This document shows positions 32,684 to 46,764 of a stretch of 64,000 nt of DNA, one piece after another. The translations under genes and the position numbers were made by a program. Origin of the DNA: Eledone cirrhosa (taxonomy: Eukaryota); NCBI GenBank assembly GCA_964016885.1, contig OZ024745.1, forward strand, positions 37,262,001 to 37,326,000. Reading direction: 5' to 3'. Positions within the stretch are counted from its first letter, which is position 1; every line of letters begins with the position of its first letter. The notes under the pieces are model-generated. The model ran no database searches, was not told the DNA's origin, and saw only the letters and a list, made by a program, of their open reading frames with translations.

Positions 32684-33009
32684 CGTGTGTATATGCGTGT
32701 GTACACGTTTGAGTGTACTACAGATAAGGAATAAAAATTCACAATGCAAAAAAGTAGTAGATGCATGCATATATATATATATATATTTAATGTAGAAATG
32801 GCTTCTACCGAACTAGAACTGTTTCATTAACTCGGGATCTACACACACACACACATATATATATATAGTAATAATAATAAATTTGAAGACTAAAATCCAA
32901 TAAGGATAAATATATATCAAATATATAAGAACCGTAGAGCAAATATTTCAGATCCCGTTAAGGGTGAAAGCAGCGATTCTTTGCTTAAACTTTAATCTGT
33001 TATTTTAAA

Positions 33010-33056
<47 letters not shown>

Positions 33057-33132
33057 ATAAGTGGGTGTATGTAAGTGTGTGTACATGCATACATACATAA
33101 ACGTCTGTCTGTATACATAGAGTCCGACAACG

Positions 33133-33198
<66 letters not shown>

Positions 33199-34121
33199 TA
33201 GAATAACACTTTAACTGTTGCACCAAATTGACCACTGAGATATAGAAAAATGGCTGATATAGTGAGACGATGGTGTGAACTGGTCAGGTGACCAGATTGT
33301 TACTGGATTGTTTAGTTGAGACGGCTTTCCATTCTTCTTATTGAACTTTAATTACAACCCTTGAGGACTGATCGTGAGAACCTCGCATATGATGAGTAAT
33401 AGTAACTCCTGCAATAATTAATTGGTTTCGAAAATCAGTTATTGATCGGAACTTACGTAAGAATTCGCAATATAATCATTGTTTGAAGTCGGCACATCAT
33501 CCCTTACTCGTTTTTCCTTTTAGGTTTTGTTATAAATAAATTAATAGAATGGAGAGTGGTTGGTTGAAAATGAGAATAGATATCTATTTGGACATGCAAA
33601 TTAGTTGTGAAGTTGCTTAAAGTATGAGTAGTGCTTGTTGTGTGATAGATTGATTTGTTCGGTAATTCTGTACGTATAAAACACGCCCCGAAAAGCCAGG
33701 GGTAATTTGAATATTTAGGCTCGTGGTTAGGGCAATTGGTATATGTTTTTATATTGAAACAAACAAATACAAACATTCTTTAATATTGAATCGAGTTGGT
33801 CGTGAGTTGGGGAAACAAATCTTTTGAGGTCTTACAATGAGAAAACAAAACTGGTTAAGAATCAGTATGCTGGCCTGTTTGCTTGTTTGTTGATTGGTGG
33901 CTTATATTTTTACCAATCAAGGTTTCACTATCTCCCTCCACCACCAGCAATTCTTTCACTCTATTCATTTTTTCGATATGTATGGCAGCAATCTAAAGTT
34001 TTTGTTATGAAATTATATGAACTAGCGCTGAACTATTCTTTGGTCAAATTAATATTATTTTAATCAAATAAAAATCAAAGATTTATTGAATTTTAATTGA
34101 TTTTTTTCTTATCGTTGACAG

Positions 34122-34301
34122 ATGAAAAAACCAAAGCATTGTAGCAGGAATACTGGCAGGTGCATGTTTTCTCCAGCACCAGTCTCCCTTTATCCAAAGA
34201 CAGAGAAATTATCGTCATCATCGAAAAAACAAATCCAAACAGAATACGGACAGTTACAAGAAATGGTTCCTACAATAGCGAACAGACGCCAAGTGACGAA
34301 G
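34122..34301 (+). CDS. HLH protein (ID/emc-like), coding exon 1
   Basis: Acceptor ttgacag|ATG; encodes ...EYGQLQEMVPTIANRRQVTK (helix 1 and loop); donor AAG|gtataa, phase 0. Confidence 0.75.
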
Positions 34302-34492
34302 GTATAAACATATCAGTTGTTGTTTTTTGTCGATGTTGTTACTGTTCATGATGATGATAATGATGATAATGATGACAACAATGATAATGATGATGATAAT
34401 GATGATGATATCGTTGTTTTTCGATAATATAAATTTGGCTATAATGTAATGTTGTCTGGTTTCAGTAAATAAAAAGAGACAAACATTTAGTT

Positions 34493-34898
34493 AAAAAAGA
34501 AAATTTCGCTTCGAGCATAGATTTATACAATATGTATTGAAGTTTTTAGGAAGCCGTAGCTATGTAAACACCGGGGGGCTAACGCCTCCTGGTCGTATCC
34601 AGTAGAAGCATATTGTATAAAGCTATGCTCGAAGCGAAATTTTCTTTTTTATTATAAGTTGAGCCAACTTATGCTTCATATGTAAATGAGATTAATCACC
34701 TCATTTACACAGACGAGAAAACTATATATTCTCGGCAGCTTTCAAGTCCAGCAGTCGCAAGAGGGGGGACGGATCGTCCTGATGATGGCCAGTCAAGCCT
34801 GAAATGCATTAGACGGTTGTCCCCCTTGCTTCTACTGGATACCACCAGGGGGCGTTAACCCCCGGTGTTTACATAGCTACGGCTTCCTAAAAACTTCA
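34493..34898 (+). mobile_element. 406-bp hammerhead-bearing insertion with 12-bp TSD
   Basis: TSD aaacatttagtt at 34481-34492 and 34899-34910; interleaved inverted repeats; hammerhead inside. Confidence 0.75.
34775..34815 (+). ncRNA. Type I hammerhead ribozyme (intron 1, sense)
   Basis: cgtc-CTGATGA-tggc..gcct-GAAA-tgcat-TA-gacg; stem I extends through gggggac/gtccccc. Confidence 0.75.
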
Positions 34899-35294
34899 AA
34901 ACATTTAGTTGTTCTGAAACGTTAAGGTCTCTTAGTATATATTTATTTAATTGCTTAGTTCGAGGCAGTAAAGCGATGTCATTGACCATTTTCTAGGGAG
35001 GCAATGGTGCAAGACAGTCGCCCATACAAATGCATACGCAACGTTGCCAAAAGCTTTGGTAATGTAAAGATAAATGCAACATTTAATCCAGTGTTTAACC
35101 ATGTTCTGTTACTATTTGCAGACACAGGGCATCAATTGTTTTCTAGTATTCTACTGTTTTACTAGATAAATACAGCCAACCTTCAAAACTGTCAAAAAAG
35201 TGTGCAATGTCTCATCATAGCATGAAATGTCTTAAGCCTCAACGTCATGGAGCCACATGTACACACACACACAGAGCTATCTTATCTATTTATA

Positions 35295-35406
<112 letters not shown>

Positions 35407-35460
35407 AATATAATGTAAAAGAAATCAAAGAACACCTACATACTCATACAATTTTTATTT

Positions 35461-35640
35461 ACTGACAATGTTTCATCCATACCATCAGAGCTTTATAAAC
35501 AAAAATAGTGCTGAGTATAAGCTCTACCGAGCTTAGTCACATGAACATTAGAAATACAACAGAGGGCAACTAGAGGGAGATCGTATTTTTGTTTATAAAG
35601 CTCTGATGATTCCTGCCCAATGATATGGATGAAACAATGA
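35461..35640. mobile_element. Fold-back cassette with two partial hammerhead copies
   Basis: 35466-35507 inverted at 35584-35636; the right arm has CTGATGA-ttcc..ggat-GAAAC; the left arm (-) supplies GAAAC-att-GTC but has a stem II deletion. Confidence 0.55.
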
Positions 35641-35759
35641 TTTCTTTTACATATAACGGCTCTGTTCTCGTACATTGAGCTTATACAATACTGTCACAAT
35701 AACGACACGGTACAGGTGCGTTTATGCGCATATGCTTTGTGGTCTACGTAAATAAATCA

Positions 35760-35792
<33 letters not shown>

Positions 35793-36005
35793 CATTCGTG
35801 TATGAGTGTGTGCGAGCATGTATAAACACATTTTATAAAAGCACGCATTCTATATATCTGAGGAAAACAGGTGCGAGTTAAATATTAATGATGAAATAAA
35901 AGGTTTGCAATGTGAATCACGATGATGTTGATGATGAAGTTGATGATGATGATGATGATGGTGATGATAGCGGTGATGATAATGAACATATTTTTTCCTT
36001 TGCAG

Positions 36006-36081
36006 AGGCAAGTGGTAAGAGAAGCAACTCTTTATATTGACCAATTACATTCGGAATTATTAGACAAATTACATCACAATG
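36006..36081 (+). CDS. HLH protein, coding exon 2 (helix 2)
   Basis: ttttttcctttgcag| RQVVREATLYIDQLHSELLDKLHHN G|gtaagc; the phase-0 start matches exon 1. Confidence 0.8.
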
Positions 36082-36129
36082 GTAAGCAATAACAATGTCT
36101 CTTTCTTTCTTACTCTCTTAATTTCCAAT

Positions 36130-36232
<103 letters not shown>

Positions 36233-36681
36233 TCCTATCTCTCCGCTTTATCTCTTACTATGTCTCTCACATTGCTCTCATTTCTTATGCAACTCCTATC
36301 TCTTAACCTCTCTCATTCTCCCCCACCATTCTGTCTTACGCTCATATCTCTTTAATATCTTCACATCTCTCACTCATCTTCCTCTCTCACTCCACACCCA
36401 CTTTTTCCCCACCTCTTTCTCTCCCCACCCCCTTTATCCCTTTTTCGTAGTTTTGAATGCTCGGATCTTGTAGTTTCTTGTTGAATTGATGGATGTAATC
36501 GTGTCAAAATGTCAGTCCAATATTAGCTGTATACTTGTTTGTCGGTCTTGGGTTGTTGTTTCTAGCAAACTGAATAACCACACAGGTGCTGTTTCGTCGG
36601 CACATGGATGTTATGAATGGTTGCGATATTGATTATGATAGTGAGTTGATGTTGGTAGTTACGATGTTGATGATGATAGTA

Positions 36682-36863
36682 ATAATTGTTTCTACTTTTG
36701 GCACAAGGCCAGCAAATACCCAGTGCATTACTGGTACTTTATTTTATCGACCCCGTAAGGATGAAAGGCAAAGTTAACCTCGGCGGGATTTGAACTCAGT
36801 TCGTAAAGGGACGTAACTGTGCTGCAAAGCATGGCGTGTCTGACCCTCTACCGATACTGCCAA
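36682..36863 (-). mobile_element. tRNA-derived SINE
   Basis: Family core with A and B boxes. Confidence 0.8.
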
Positions 36864-37919
36864 ATGACATGACGAAGGCGATGGCGAGGACGTGGGTAAG
36901 GACTAAAGCAATGATGAGTGTGAGGACGAGGGTGATATTAGATGCTGACTACTGTAAACAGATGGTTTCTTTCCCAGCACCTTGCTGAAAAAATGTCACT
37001 GACGTTTCCTCAGCTCAAGTGTTAGCGTTTAACTATCTCAGTCAACAACGCGTGTGGAACGTGCGTGAATACAGCGGGGTGGGCAGGTGTATTGGAGTGT
37101 TGGATAGCAGGGGGGGGGGGGGGGGGGGGTAAGTGAATGGGTGGCCTCTTTTATTTTCGCTTTGTGTATATATCTGTGTATATGTGTGCTTATATATGTA
37201 TGCTTCAGTGTGTCTGTTTGTGCATGTGTGTGTGATTGAGTGCATGTGTGTGCGACTACATATGTGTCTGTGAGTGGAATCTAAGAGTCTGAAAGAGTCA
37301 CAGAGAGGGAATGAAGTGAGCTAGGAATAATAAAAGACAGTCAGATAGATAGATAGATAGATAGATAGAGAAGAGAGAGGAATAAATAAATGAATGAATA
37401 AATAAATAAATAAATAAAGAAAGAAAGAAAGAAAGAAAGGTGTTCAGGCGTTGGTATTTTTTTTTTTTTTTTTTTGCATTCATTGGGTGACAGATTTTGT
37501 GTCAGTGTGAGAATGGTAGAATTGACTATTCGGGTACATGACCCCAACAAATAAAAAAAAGGATCTGAGCATTTCTAACGGGTGGCAAGGGAAAAGTATT
37601 TTAGAGGCTTGTTTGACGAGAAAAGAGGTCTGGCTGCCATATGGTAAGAGGGCATCTGTGTGCTTCTGATTGTATGTATGACACGTATGTATACATGTAT
37701 GTATATATATGTGTGTGTGGGTGTATATATATATATATATACTTGTTTTTTCTTCTGTATGTACGTGCAGTGGCGTATTTATTTACTGTTTCTTCATAGA
37801 TGCCTTTTATTCTTATCGCCTGGTCTAATTGATTTTTTGTGTGGTTAATTATGCTGATTGGGAGCAGAGATGATGTATATATATTATCAAATAATTCTCT
37901 GGACATGCTTTACTCTATA

Positions 37920-37972
<53 letters not shown>

Positions 37973-37974
<2 letters not shown>

Positions 37975-38330
37975 TGAGATTCTACAGGACTCGAACTGTT
38001 TCATTCTTTAGAAATCATCAGAGATTCCTGATGATTTCTAAAGAATGAAACAGTTCTAGTCCTGTAGAATCTCATCTATATTAAAACTTTTATACTCTGC
38101 AATGTATTGAGTACCTTACTTACTGTGGTTACCTATATATATATATATATATAGGTACGTTATTCCGGGTTGAATCGGAGGTAACCACAGTAAGTAAGGT
38201 ACTCAATACATTGCAGAGTATAAAAGCCGTTTCGACGGCTCATTCTGGACTAAAAAATAAATAAATAAAAAGTCCAGAATTAGCCGTCGAAACGGCTTGA
38301 GCTCAGCCGTCGGGGTCCTACTCGTTCCTA
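37973..38330 (+). mobile_element. Cluster of fold-back pseudo-LTR-like cassettes
   Basis: Hairpin 37973-38077; tail inverted again at 38087-38134 / 38178-38226; a further hairpin 38224-38298 ends in a hammerhead 3' half. Confidence 0.7.
38021..38073 (+). ncRNA. Type I hammerhead ribozyme (intron 2, sense)
   Basis: gagattc-CTGATGA-tttct.aa.agaat-GAAA-cag.ttctagtc.ctg-TA-gaatctc; 7-bp stem I; GUA triplet. Confidence 0.8.
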
Positions 38331-38675
38331 TATATATATATATATATTTGTTTCAGCTCTCTGCTCTCTGGGTTCAAATCACGATGAGGCCAACACTGCC
38401 TTTCGTTCATTCGTGGTCGATAAAATCTACCAGTCAAGTAGTACTTGGGTTGATTATTCCTCTATATCTCTTTCTCACTTCTATGTTCTCACTTTCTATC
38501 TTTATCTGGAAGAAATCTGTTGTATTCAAGCTTGGAGAGGAGATGGGCTCCGCCAGGTTTTAAAAAGAATACTCTAGAAACGCCGTATGTTAATACGTCG
38601 CCCCTACGACTTCCCCAGGAGTTACGAGAGAGAAAAGAGAGAAAGAAAGTACACACATGTCCATGTGTCCTTATG

Positions 38676-38714
<39 letters not shown>

Positions 38715-38731
38715 ATATATACTTACTTACG

Positions 38732-38765
<34 letters not shown>

Positions 38766-39171
38766 GATATATGTGTGTGTGTTAGTGTGTCTGTGTGCAT
38801 GCGTACAAATTTACGTACGAATTCGTTTGTATGTGTGTACGTATAAGGCCACATGTGTAATTATGTCTTCTCAACCTTGGTAGCTTGTATGCGTTTGGCG
38901 CTCACATGCATATTTCAAGAGATAGCGCAGTTTAGTTCAAGTCAGCGTGGGAACATTGTTTTTGTGTGTGTGTGTGTTTTAAACACAAAATCTGTAACAC
39001 GTGTAAAGGTACATATATGTAGATGAAACAATGGAAGAATGGGGAAAAAGTTTACCAGTGGACCTCTATATATTTATCACAATCGTCAATGTGGAGTGTC
39101 CACCTACGAATCAGACGCCGAATGGGGCAGCTGATAGTGTCATTGGATTAACAATGAGCATATGAATAAAG

Positions 39172-39535
39172 GAAGGGTCTGACGCCATGCTTTGCAGCAA
39201 AGAGTTACAGCCCTTTATGGTCTGAGTTCAAATCCCGCCGAGGTTAATTTTGCCTTTCATCCTTACGGAGTCGATAAAATAAAGTACCAGTAATACACTG
39301 GGATAATTGCTGGCCTTGTGCCAAAAGTAGAAACAATTATTATAGGTGAATTGCCAGTATCGGTAGAGGGTCGAACGCCATGCTTTCCAACATAGAGTTA
39401 CGCCCCTTTACGGCCTGAGTTCAAATTCCGCCGAGGTTAACTTTGCCTTTTATCCTTATGGGCTCGATAAAATAAAGTACCAGTAATGCACTGGGATAAT
39501 AGCTTGCCTTGTGCCAATAGTAGAAACAATTATTA
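39172..39535 (+). mobile_element. Two head-to-tail tRNA SINE copies
   Basis: Core repeated at about 39225-39342 and 39415-39535. Confidence 0.8.
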
Positions 39536-39617
39536 TTCTTTATAAGTTTAGAGGATATTCCTTAGTTTTTGTATCTGCCTATTTATCTGTACATGTTATT
39601 TCCTTTTCTTCACTCCC

Positions 39618-39762
<145 letters not shown>

Positions 39763-40060
39763 ATAGTGAGAGAGAGACAGAGTAAAAGAGATATCGCAGG
39801 ATTTGAACTTAGAACGTAAAGGGTTGAAACGAATACATTGAAGCATATACACAATTACGAAAGTATGACTTCTACAAGATACAATAGTGGAAACACATTC
39901 ATTTCAGTTGATAAAGACACAAATATGATAGATATATACATAAATGGAGGGATTGTAGTGGCGCTTGTTACGAATACCAACTATTAGGCAGAGGTGAAAA
40001 TATCTCAGATGACCGTTTTGAATGCTAAATACAAATATGGTTGCATCTTAAATATTGAAT

Positions 40061-40248
40061 ATAATTGTTTCTACTCTTGGCAAAAGACCAGCAATTATTC
40101 CAGTGTATTACTGGTACATTATTTTATCGACCCCATAAGGATGAAAGGCAAAGTTAACCTCGGCGGGATTTGAAATCAGACCGTAAATGGCCGTAACTCT
40201 TTGCTTGCAAAGCATAGCGTCCGACCCTCTATCGATACTGCCAATCTG
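40061..40248 (-). mobile_element. tRNA-derived SINE
   Basis: Family core with A and B boxes. Confidence 0.8.
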
Positions 40249-41561
40249 AATATAATGAGTTGAAACTAATGGTACTATATGTCTTCTATATCTCTATGTA
40301 TTGATCCTTATTAATCTTGTTAAATGCGTAGAATATACTTCGCTGCGGAGGTTTTATAACACCGAAACATATTCGTTGCCTTCTCCTGTTGGCTTAAAGA
40401 CAAGATCCAGTATATTACTTCATGCTATATATTCTGAAAAACTGAGTTTATTAGAATTGTCTCTTTTGCCTGTTGTTTGTAAATTCTAAACACTTCTAGG
40501 CAGAGTGTTTGTCTACTCGCCACAAGGGATAATCTCAGTTAAATGATATTGTTTAATACCCTATATAAAGTACGTGAGACACTACCGTATTTGTATCCAT
40601 ATGCACAAAGTCCTCCCTGGGCTATTTTCTCGCAGCTATATACAATAATGATTTCTAATTTAGGAACAAGGCTAGCGATCGACAGTAGAAGGATGAAAGG
40701 CAAAGTTGAACTCGTTGGGATTTGTAAGTAGAAAGTGAAGGGCTGTAAATAAAGACTACAAAGCGTTTTGTTCTCCGCTCTAACGATTCTGTCAATCTGC
40801 CACCCTTTTATTAGTGTAAAATAATGTTCATCGATTGTTATAGAAACCTAATATCGTTTCTGGAATTAAAAAACAAAACAAAAAAACTCAGACACGCCAT
40901 CCGTTTAGAAAAGCAATTTATAATTCCTCTGGTGTGCAATAAATTTCAATTTCTGTAATTTTCTTAAGTTCCCGAGTTCACTTTACGTCATCTATCTTTT
41001 AAGAAACAAAATTATACATAGATCTGGAAGACAAAATTGGATAGATTTTCTAGCTAATATCGTTGTAATGTATAGTTAGTGGCGATATTTATTAATTACA
41101 TGCGTCTTAATTGCAATACTTTAAATCTCTATGAATGAATGTTTTAAAGAGGAAAATATGAAAATATAAAAATATAAAAATAAGAAATCAATAAGAAAGA
41201 AAATAAACCCCATTATATCAATGAAACAATAATGTCATGACAAAATGAAACGTGTAAATTTGAAAATGAAACAGTACTGATAGCATTTGATTCTGAAATG
41301 GAGTAGGAGCAAATCTTGTTTATAAATTTAATGATTTTTAAGTTAAATACAACATGTGTATATTTTTTAATAGTTTAGTTAGCATGTTCTTGTTTGTTTT
41401 GTTTTTAACGTGAGGATTGTTATTATTGTTCGTGATGTTTGTCATGAATAAAGTTTGCTATCAAAATTTTATTGCTTCGATACGTTGCTAGGATCATAAA
41501 TTCTATTTCGTGAAATTACAAACATTATTCTTTTCTCATCTGTCTTTTGTGGTTGTTTCTT

Positions 41562-41593
<32 letters not shown>

Positions 41594-41720
41594 AGTCTCT
41601 CTCTGTTTCCTCCACTTCTCCACTTATATTTATTTTCACCCTTTTGTTTCGTGCTTTATATAAATTCACCCATCTCTATATTTTTCAATACTCTACCTTC
41701 TACTCTCCCTCTCTCTCTCT

Positions 41721-41780
<60 letters not shown>

Positions 41781-41924
41781 ATAATAAGTAGGTACGGGGT
41801 GTCAAATTACCATTAGGTTTATTCAGGTGTGATGCTCGTTTCGCGATTGATCAGCTCAAGGTTCGATCCCTATTGATCGGGCCTGACTCTGGAATCAAAA
41901 GCTCATCAGACTTCTGTTTTTTTC

Positions 41925-41977
<53 letters not shown>

Positions 41978-42607
41978 CGTGTATATATACAATTGTATGT
42001 ATATGTATTTATGAAATTTCCTCCTAATACTTTTGTACATTTTTTTATTCCTATCTTCCTTTATTTGTCAATACTCAACCTTTTACTTTACCCCCTCTCT
42101 CCCTCCCTTTTTTCACACATTCCCTATTTTATAAGATTTAACATACTCTCTATCAAAGAAGTAATTTTCTCCGATAAATCCGTCATCAAAATATAGTATC
42201 TCCTTAGTGTTTCACACTCTCCTTACAAACTCTTTTTTTTCCAGGTTATCTCCCCTCCCATCTATCTTGGTTTTAAATCAGATTTATTGTGTTATATTTT
42301 CTTTCTAATTTCTTTATAAGAATACATATATTCTCCCTTGACGTCAGAATTTATATCATTTACTACATGTTCAATTAGATATAGTAAAAATGTCACATTT
42401 CTCATCACCTATTGTTTTTTTATTTTTTATTTCTTCTTTATGTCACATCCCTCTCCCTGCCCCTGTTCTATGTTTTCTCATTGTATTTTCCTCTCTTGTT
42501 CTTTCTTTTCACTCTTTCATTCTCTTTTTTCTTCTTTCTCTTCTCTCATTGCATTTTCACTCTAGCTTCAGCAGACGTATCATAAATATATATATATATA
42601 TATAAAT

Positions 42608-42653
<46 letters not shown>

Positions 42654-42829
42654 AATTAATGGTTCAAGTTTTAAGATAAACTTAAATATGAGTGTATCGC
42701 ACTCAGGAATCGAACCCTGTATTTGTTGTAGATAGGACAACTACATAAACAACCATACTAAAATACAAACAACTGATATATTTCCAACCACAAATTTAGT
42801 GGATAAAGCACAATCGTTGTACCATCTTT

Positions 42830-42950
42830 ACAAGTTCAAATCCTGCCGAGATTAACTTTGCCTTTCATCCTTACGGGGTCGATAAAATAAGTACCAGTAA
42901 TACATTGGAATAATTGCTGGCCTTGTGCCAAAAGTAGAAACAATTATTAT
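42830..42950 (+). mobile_element. 5'-truncated tRNA SINE
   Basis: B box, core and tail. Confidence 0.75.
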
Positions 42951-42997
42951 GAATATCAGATGATAATCATCGGCACAGCAGGGAATAGTCGTGTATG

Positions 42998-43036
<39 letters not shown>

Positions 43037-43063
43037 TATACATATACATATACATATATACAC

Positions 43064-43178
<115 letters not shown>

Positions 43179-43389
43179 TGTGTGTGTGTGTGTGTGTGCG
43201 CGCGCGCGTTCGCACGTGTGAATATGTAAACTTAGGCATAATCTTGCATAAATATAGAAACATTCAGTGTAGCTGTGAGGAATGTTTCTGTAGATAAAAT
43301 TACTTCTTAGATTATACTTAATATCATCTGATTTTGTTACTGATTACAAATTTTAACATCCATGTTTTCATTTCTTCTTTCAATTCTAG

Positions 43390-43538
43390 GATTCTCTGAT
43401 TTTGACATGAACCTGAACAGCTTAAATAACTTTGTAATAAGCCTTATGCAGAATAATCTAGATCTGGACAAACCCAGCGGCGATAGGTGCGTAAAGAAGT
43501 CAACAGATACGACATATACAAACAAAGACAAGACATGA
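43390..43538 (+). CDS. HLH protein, probable last coding exon
   Basis: Strong acceptor tttcttctttcaattctag|GA completes the phase-1 Gly; open for 48 codons (FSDFDMNLNSLNNFVISLMQ...KDKT) to TGA; AT-rich UTR-like DNA follows, with AATAAA at about 44699 and 44742. Confidence 0.55.
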
Positions 43539-43874
43539 ATACAGAAGACAAAAAAGAATAAGGTTTTGCTTCATTTTGATTATAACCAAGATATATACGT
43601 ACATACCAACGAATGATTTTTCACGAATACCAAGATTTAAACAAACACTCATGATATTTGTAGAAATTCTGTATCTTCAAAAGACATTTACACAAACATT
43701 CATGATTTGTGATGCAATAGGAAATTCATGATGCAATATTGAAGCAGAATTAATGTCAAAACTTTTGGATCTTAAAACAAAATTTGAAGATCTCTAAATC
43801 AAAATCTAGATAGATTTCTGTTTATATATATATATATAAGAATAACATTTAAAAAGATGCTATTAAATAAATCG

Positions 43875-43942
<68 letters not shown>

Positions 43943-44864
43943 ACATTTTACAGGCTTAAGTATTTCTAAACGAGATGAATCAAACAACAAATTAATTATT
44001 TCTATGATTTCATGTTTCTATTCACAAACTTCAAATTAACACCTGGATGTATAAATTACACATATAAAATAGACAATAAAGATTAATTATATAAATTAGA
44101 AGCTTGTATAAGGAAGATGTATTTTATTGTATAATTTTATGTATTTTAATTTCTCAGATAAATGTCAGGTTTTGGCAAAAATAAAATTGAATCAACCCCG
44201 TAAGTAACCCCATTAATCATGGGGATAAGTATGGACCCCCTTTGTAGGGGTAGGGGATGGGTAACTTAAGCTATAATTCTTAGCTCACATCACCTAGGTC
44301 AAAATAAATCCATTTGTTATTACTATTGAGAAAATGATCAGGAATGAGATATAAAAAAATACGTCTTAATATGTTCCAATGACTGAAATCAGTAAAAGAT
44401 TATAAAGTGCGATGGTGTTTGGTTGTTTCTTCTATAAAAATCTTTTTACAACGTTAATGGAATAATTGTTGCATTTCATTCATAGCTTATTGAAGAAAAA
44501 CATGTATATGATCCTTTTTATGTTTTATTTTTTTTTTACACATTAATATTCTGATATAAATAAATGGAAATATTTTCTTGTTAAAATTCTTTCTTTCTTT
44601 CTTTTTAATTGTTTTAGTTGGTGTTTATTTTTGTTGGTTTTCATATCATTGTTGCTGTTGTTTTTCTTTTATCTTATTTATTTATCATACCACAGCAGAA
44701 TAAATATGCAACACTCGTAATTTTAAAATTTACATCACATGAATAAAATGTTAACAAAGCTTAATTCGGTTTTGTTAAATCCTTTGCTTCAGAGGTTTTA
44801 CATAAAGAAAAAAAAGATGATTTAATCCACGTACGAGAAATAGTTCTCTTACATACACACATAA

Positions 44865-44931
<67 letters not shown>

Positions 44932-45257
44932 CAGTTGTCCCTGGTATTCGCGAGGGTTACTTTCCTAAAGCGAAGAGTGAAAAACCGCGAATATTGGACG
45001 TAGTCCATAAAAATGCCTATTACGTAAAAATATAACGCAAAATATGCGAAGGGGCCTCCAATAGGCCGGGAAATACGGTATATTGGTACCAATAATTTAG
45101 CGTTAAGAAAATATATATTGCCTCGAAAAAGGCCATAAAAAATCGCGGAAGATATTTACGATTACACGAATATGCGGTGATTTCCACGAACAATTATTAG
45201 TTAGGTTATAAGTAAAATTCCGCGAATAACCGGGACTGCAGATACGGAGATACACTG
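44932..45257. mobile_element. Tigger/pogo-like MITE
   Basis: TA-cagttgtccctggtattcgcg ... gatacggagatacactg-TA; internal repeated cgcgaata motifs. Confidence 0.65.
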
Positions 45258-45967
45258 TATATATACACTCAATTCCCAAATAATAGGGCATGGGGTTGAA
45301 CATTTGCTTAATTTTTTATAAGCGGGGTGGAGAATCGGTAATTGTATAGTGTACGTTCGTAAATATGGGATTTCTTGTAATGTTCTGTTATTGACTTATA
45401 TAATGTTTTTTAATTTAAAGTAAAATTATTATTAGATTCTCCAGTTGCTGTATCGATATGAATCACTTACAACAAAATTTCACTGGAGATAGATTAGTAA
45501 ACTTTAATAAGGGAGAGTGGTGGGGTGGAATGAAAACGCGGGTGGGGAAATCTGAAAAATTATAATCGGGGAGGAGGGGGGGGGGGCTTCAAGACCTAAC
45601 AGTATTTGATAGAGAGGGAGGCATTGAGAGAGACAGTGTCATGGTAGATATAAAAAGGGGGAGAATTTAGTGTTAATTGATATAGAAAGTGGGATTGGAA
45701 GAGAGTAACGTGTAGTAGATATAGAGAGATGGAAAGTATAGTGGCAATTGATATAGAGAGGGATATTGAAAAAGAGTGTTGTATGGTAGATATAGAGAGG
45801 AGGAGAGTTTGTTGGTATTGTATAGAAGGAGGGGAATTCAGAGTGATTTTATGGTAGATATAGAGAGTTGGAGATGTAGTGGTAACTAATATAGGGAGGG
45901 GGATTGGGTGTGAGTGCCGTGTGGTAGATATAGAGAAAGGGAAAATATAGTATTGATTGATATAGAG

Positions 45968-46666
45968 CACAGGTTCTCAACCCATTTAGGCCAAACGCCC
46001 CCTTTTGTCCCTCGAGATCACGAAAGGCCCCCCCCCCCCGCCACCCTATTTTTCCATTTTTCAATATACTACTGATTTTTATATCAGTAGATTACTAAAA
46101 AATTGATTAACAATATTACAAAGATGTGTGTATTATCTGATTATGTGTTGTATGTGGTCCTAGATGTGTGTGCTACTCGCTTCTGTTTTTTCTTTTCTTT
46201 TTTTATTTGTAATATTATTTATACAATAGGGAATAAAATAGATCTACATAGTGTTAACTCGTTGCGGCTGAGTCAATAATTTCAGACATGAAATACATTG
46301 TTATCAGTGAAGGAAAGATAAGATTCTAACTGGCTGCGCTCAAAGTGTCTTTGACTCAGTTGACTGTGGGTTTTTCCATTTTTAGGATCTCAATTACCGG
46401 ACATGCCTGCACACCTGCTCACAGCTTGCAGACAGCATAACTATAGTTATGCTGTCTGCAAGCTCATTCAAATGCATTCACACTGGCTGTCTCAGAGACA
46501 TACAAATATGGCTTATAAAACTTACCAAAATAAAGAGCCTTCCAGCGCCCCAGGCCCCCTTCCCCAGCTCCAAACGCCCCCCCCTAACGCGACCTTGCTC
46601 CCAAACGCCCCCCTGGAGTTCCGAAACGCCCCCGGGGGTGCATATGCCCCCCGTTGAGAACCTTTA
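45968..46666. mobile_element. hAT-type MITE
   Basis: TIRs cacaggttctcaac / gttgagaaccttta; 8-bp TSD atatagag at 45960-45967 and 46667-46674. Confidence 0.8.
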
Positions 46667-46764
46667 ATATAGAGTACTGTATATCAGATATAGAGAGGGG
46701 GAGAGTTTGGTGGTTGTAGATATAGGGCAGAGGACAATACGAGAGTGTCGTGTAGTATATATAT

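Noticed and set aside
36006-36014. 9-nt microexon using the internal donor gtaaga
   Set aside because: The 76-nt exon ending at 36081 completes HLH helix 2 and is far better supported
40340-40380. ctgcgga..ccgaaac hammerhead-like string (also 4336 ctgacga, 6640-6695 on -, 60863, 62145)
   Set aside because: The core is mutated or GAAA is missing and stem I cannot be closed; not distinguishable from chance
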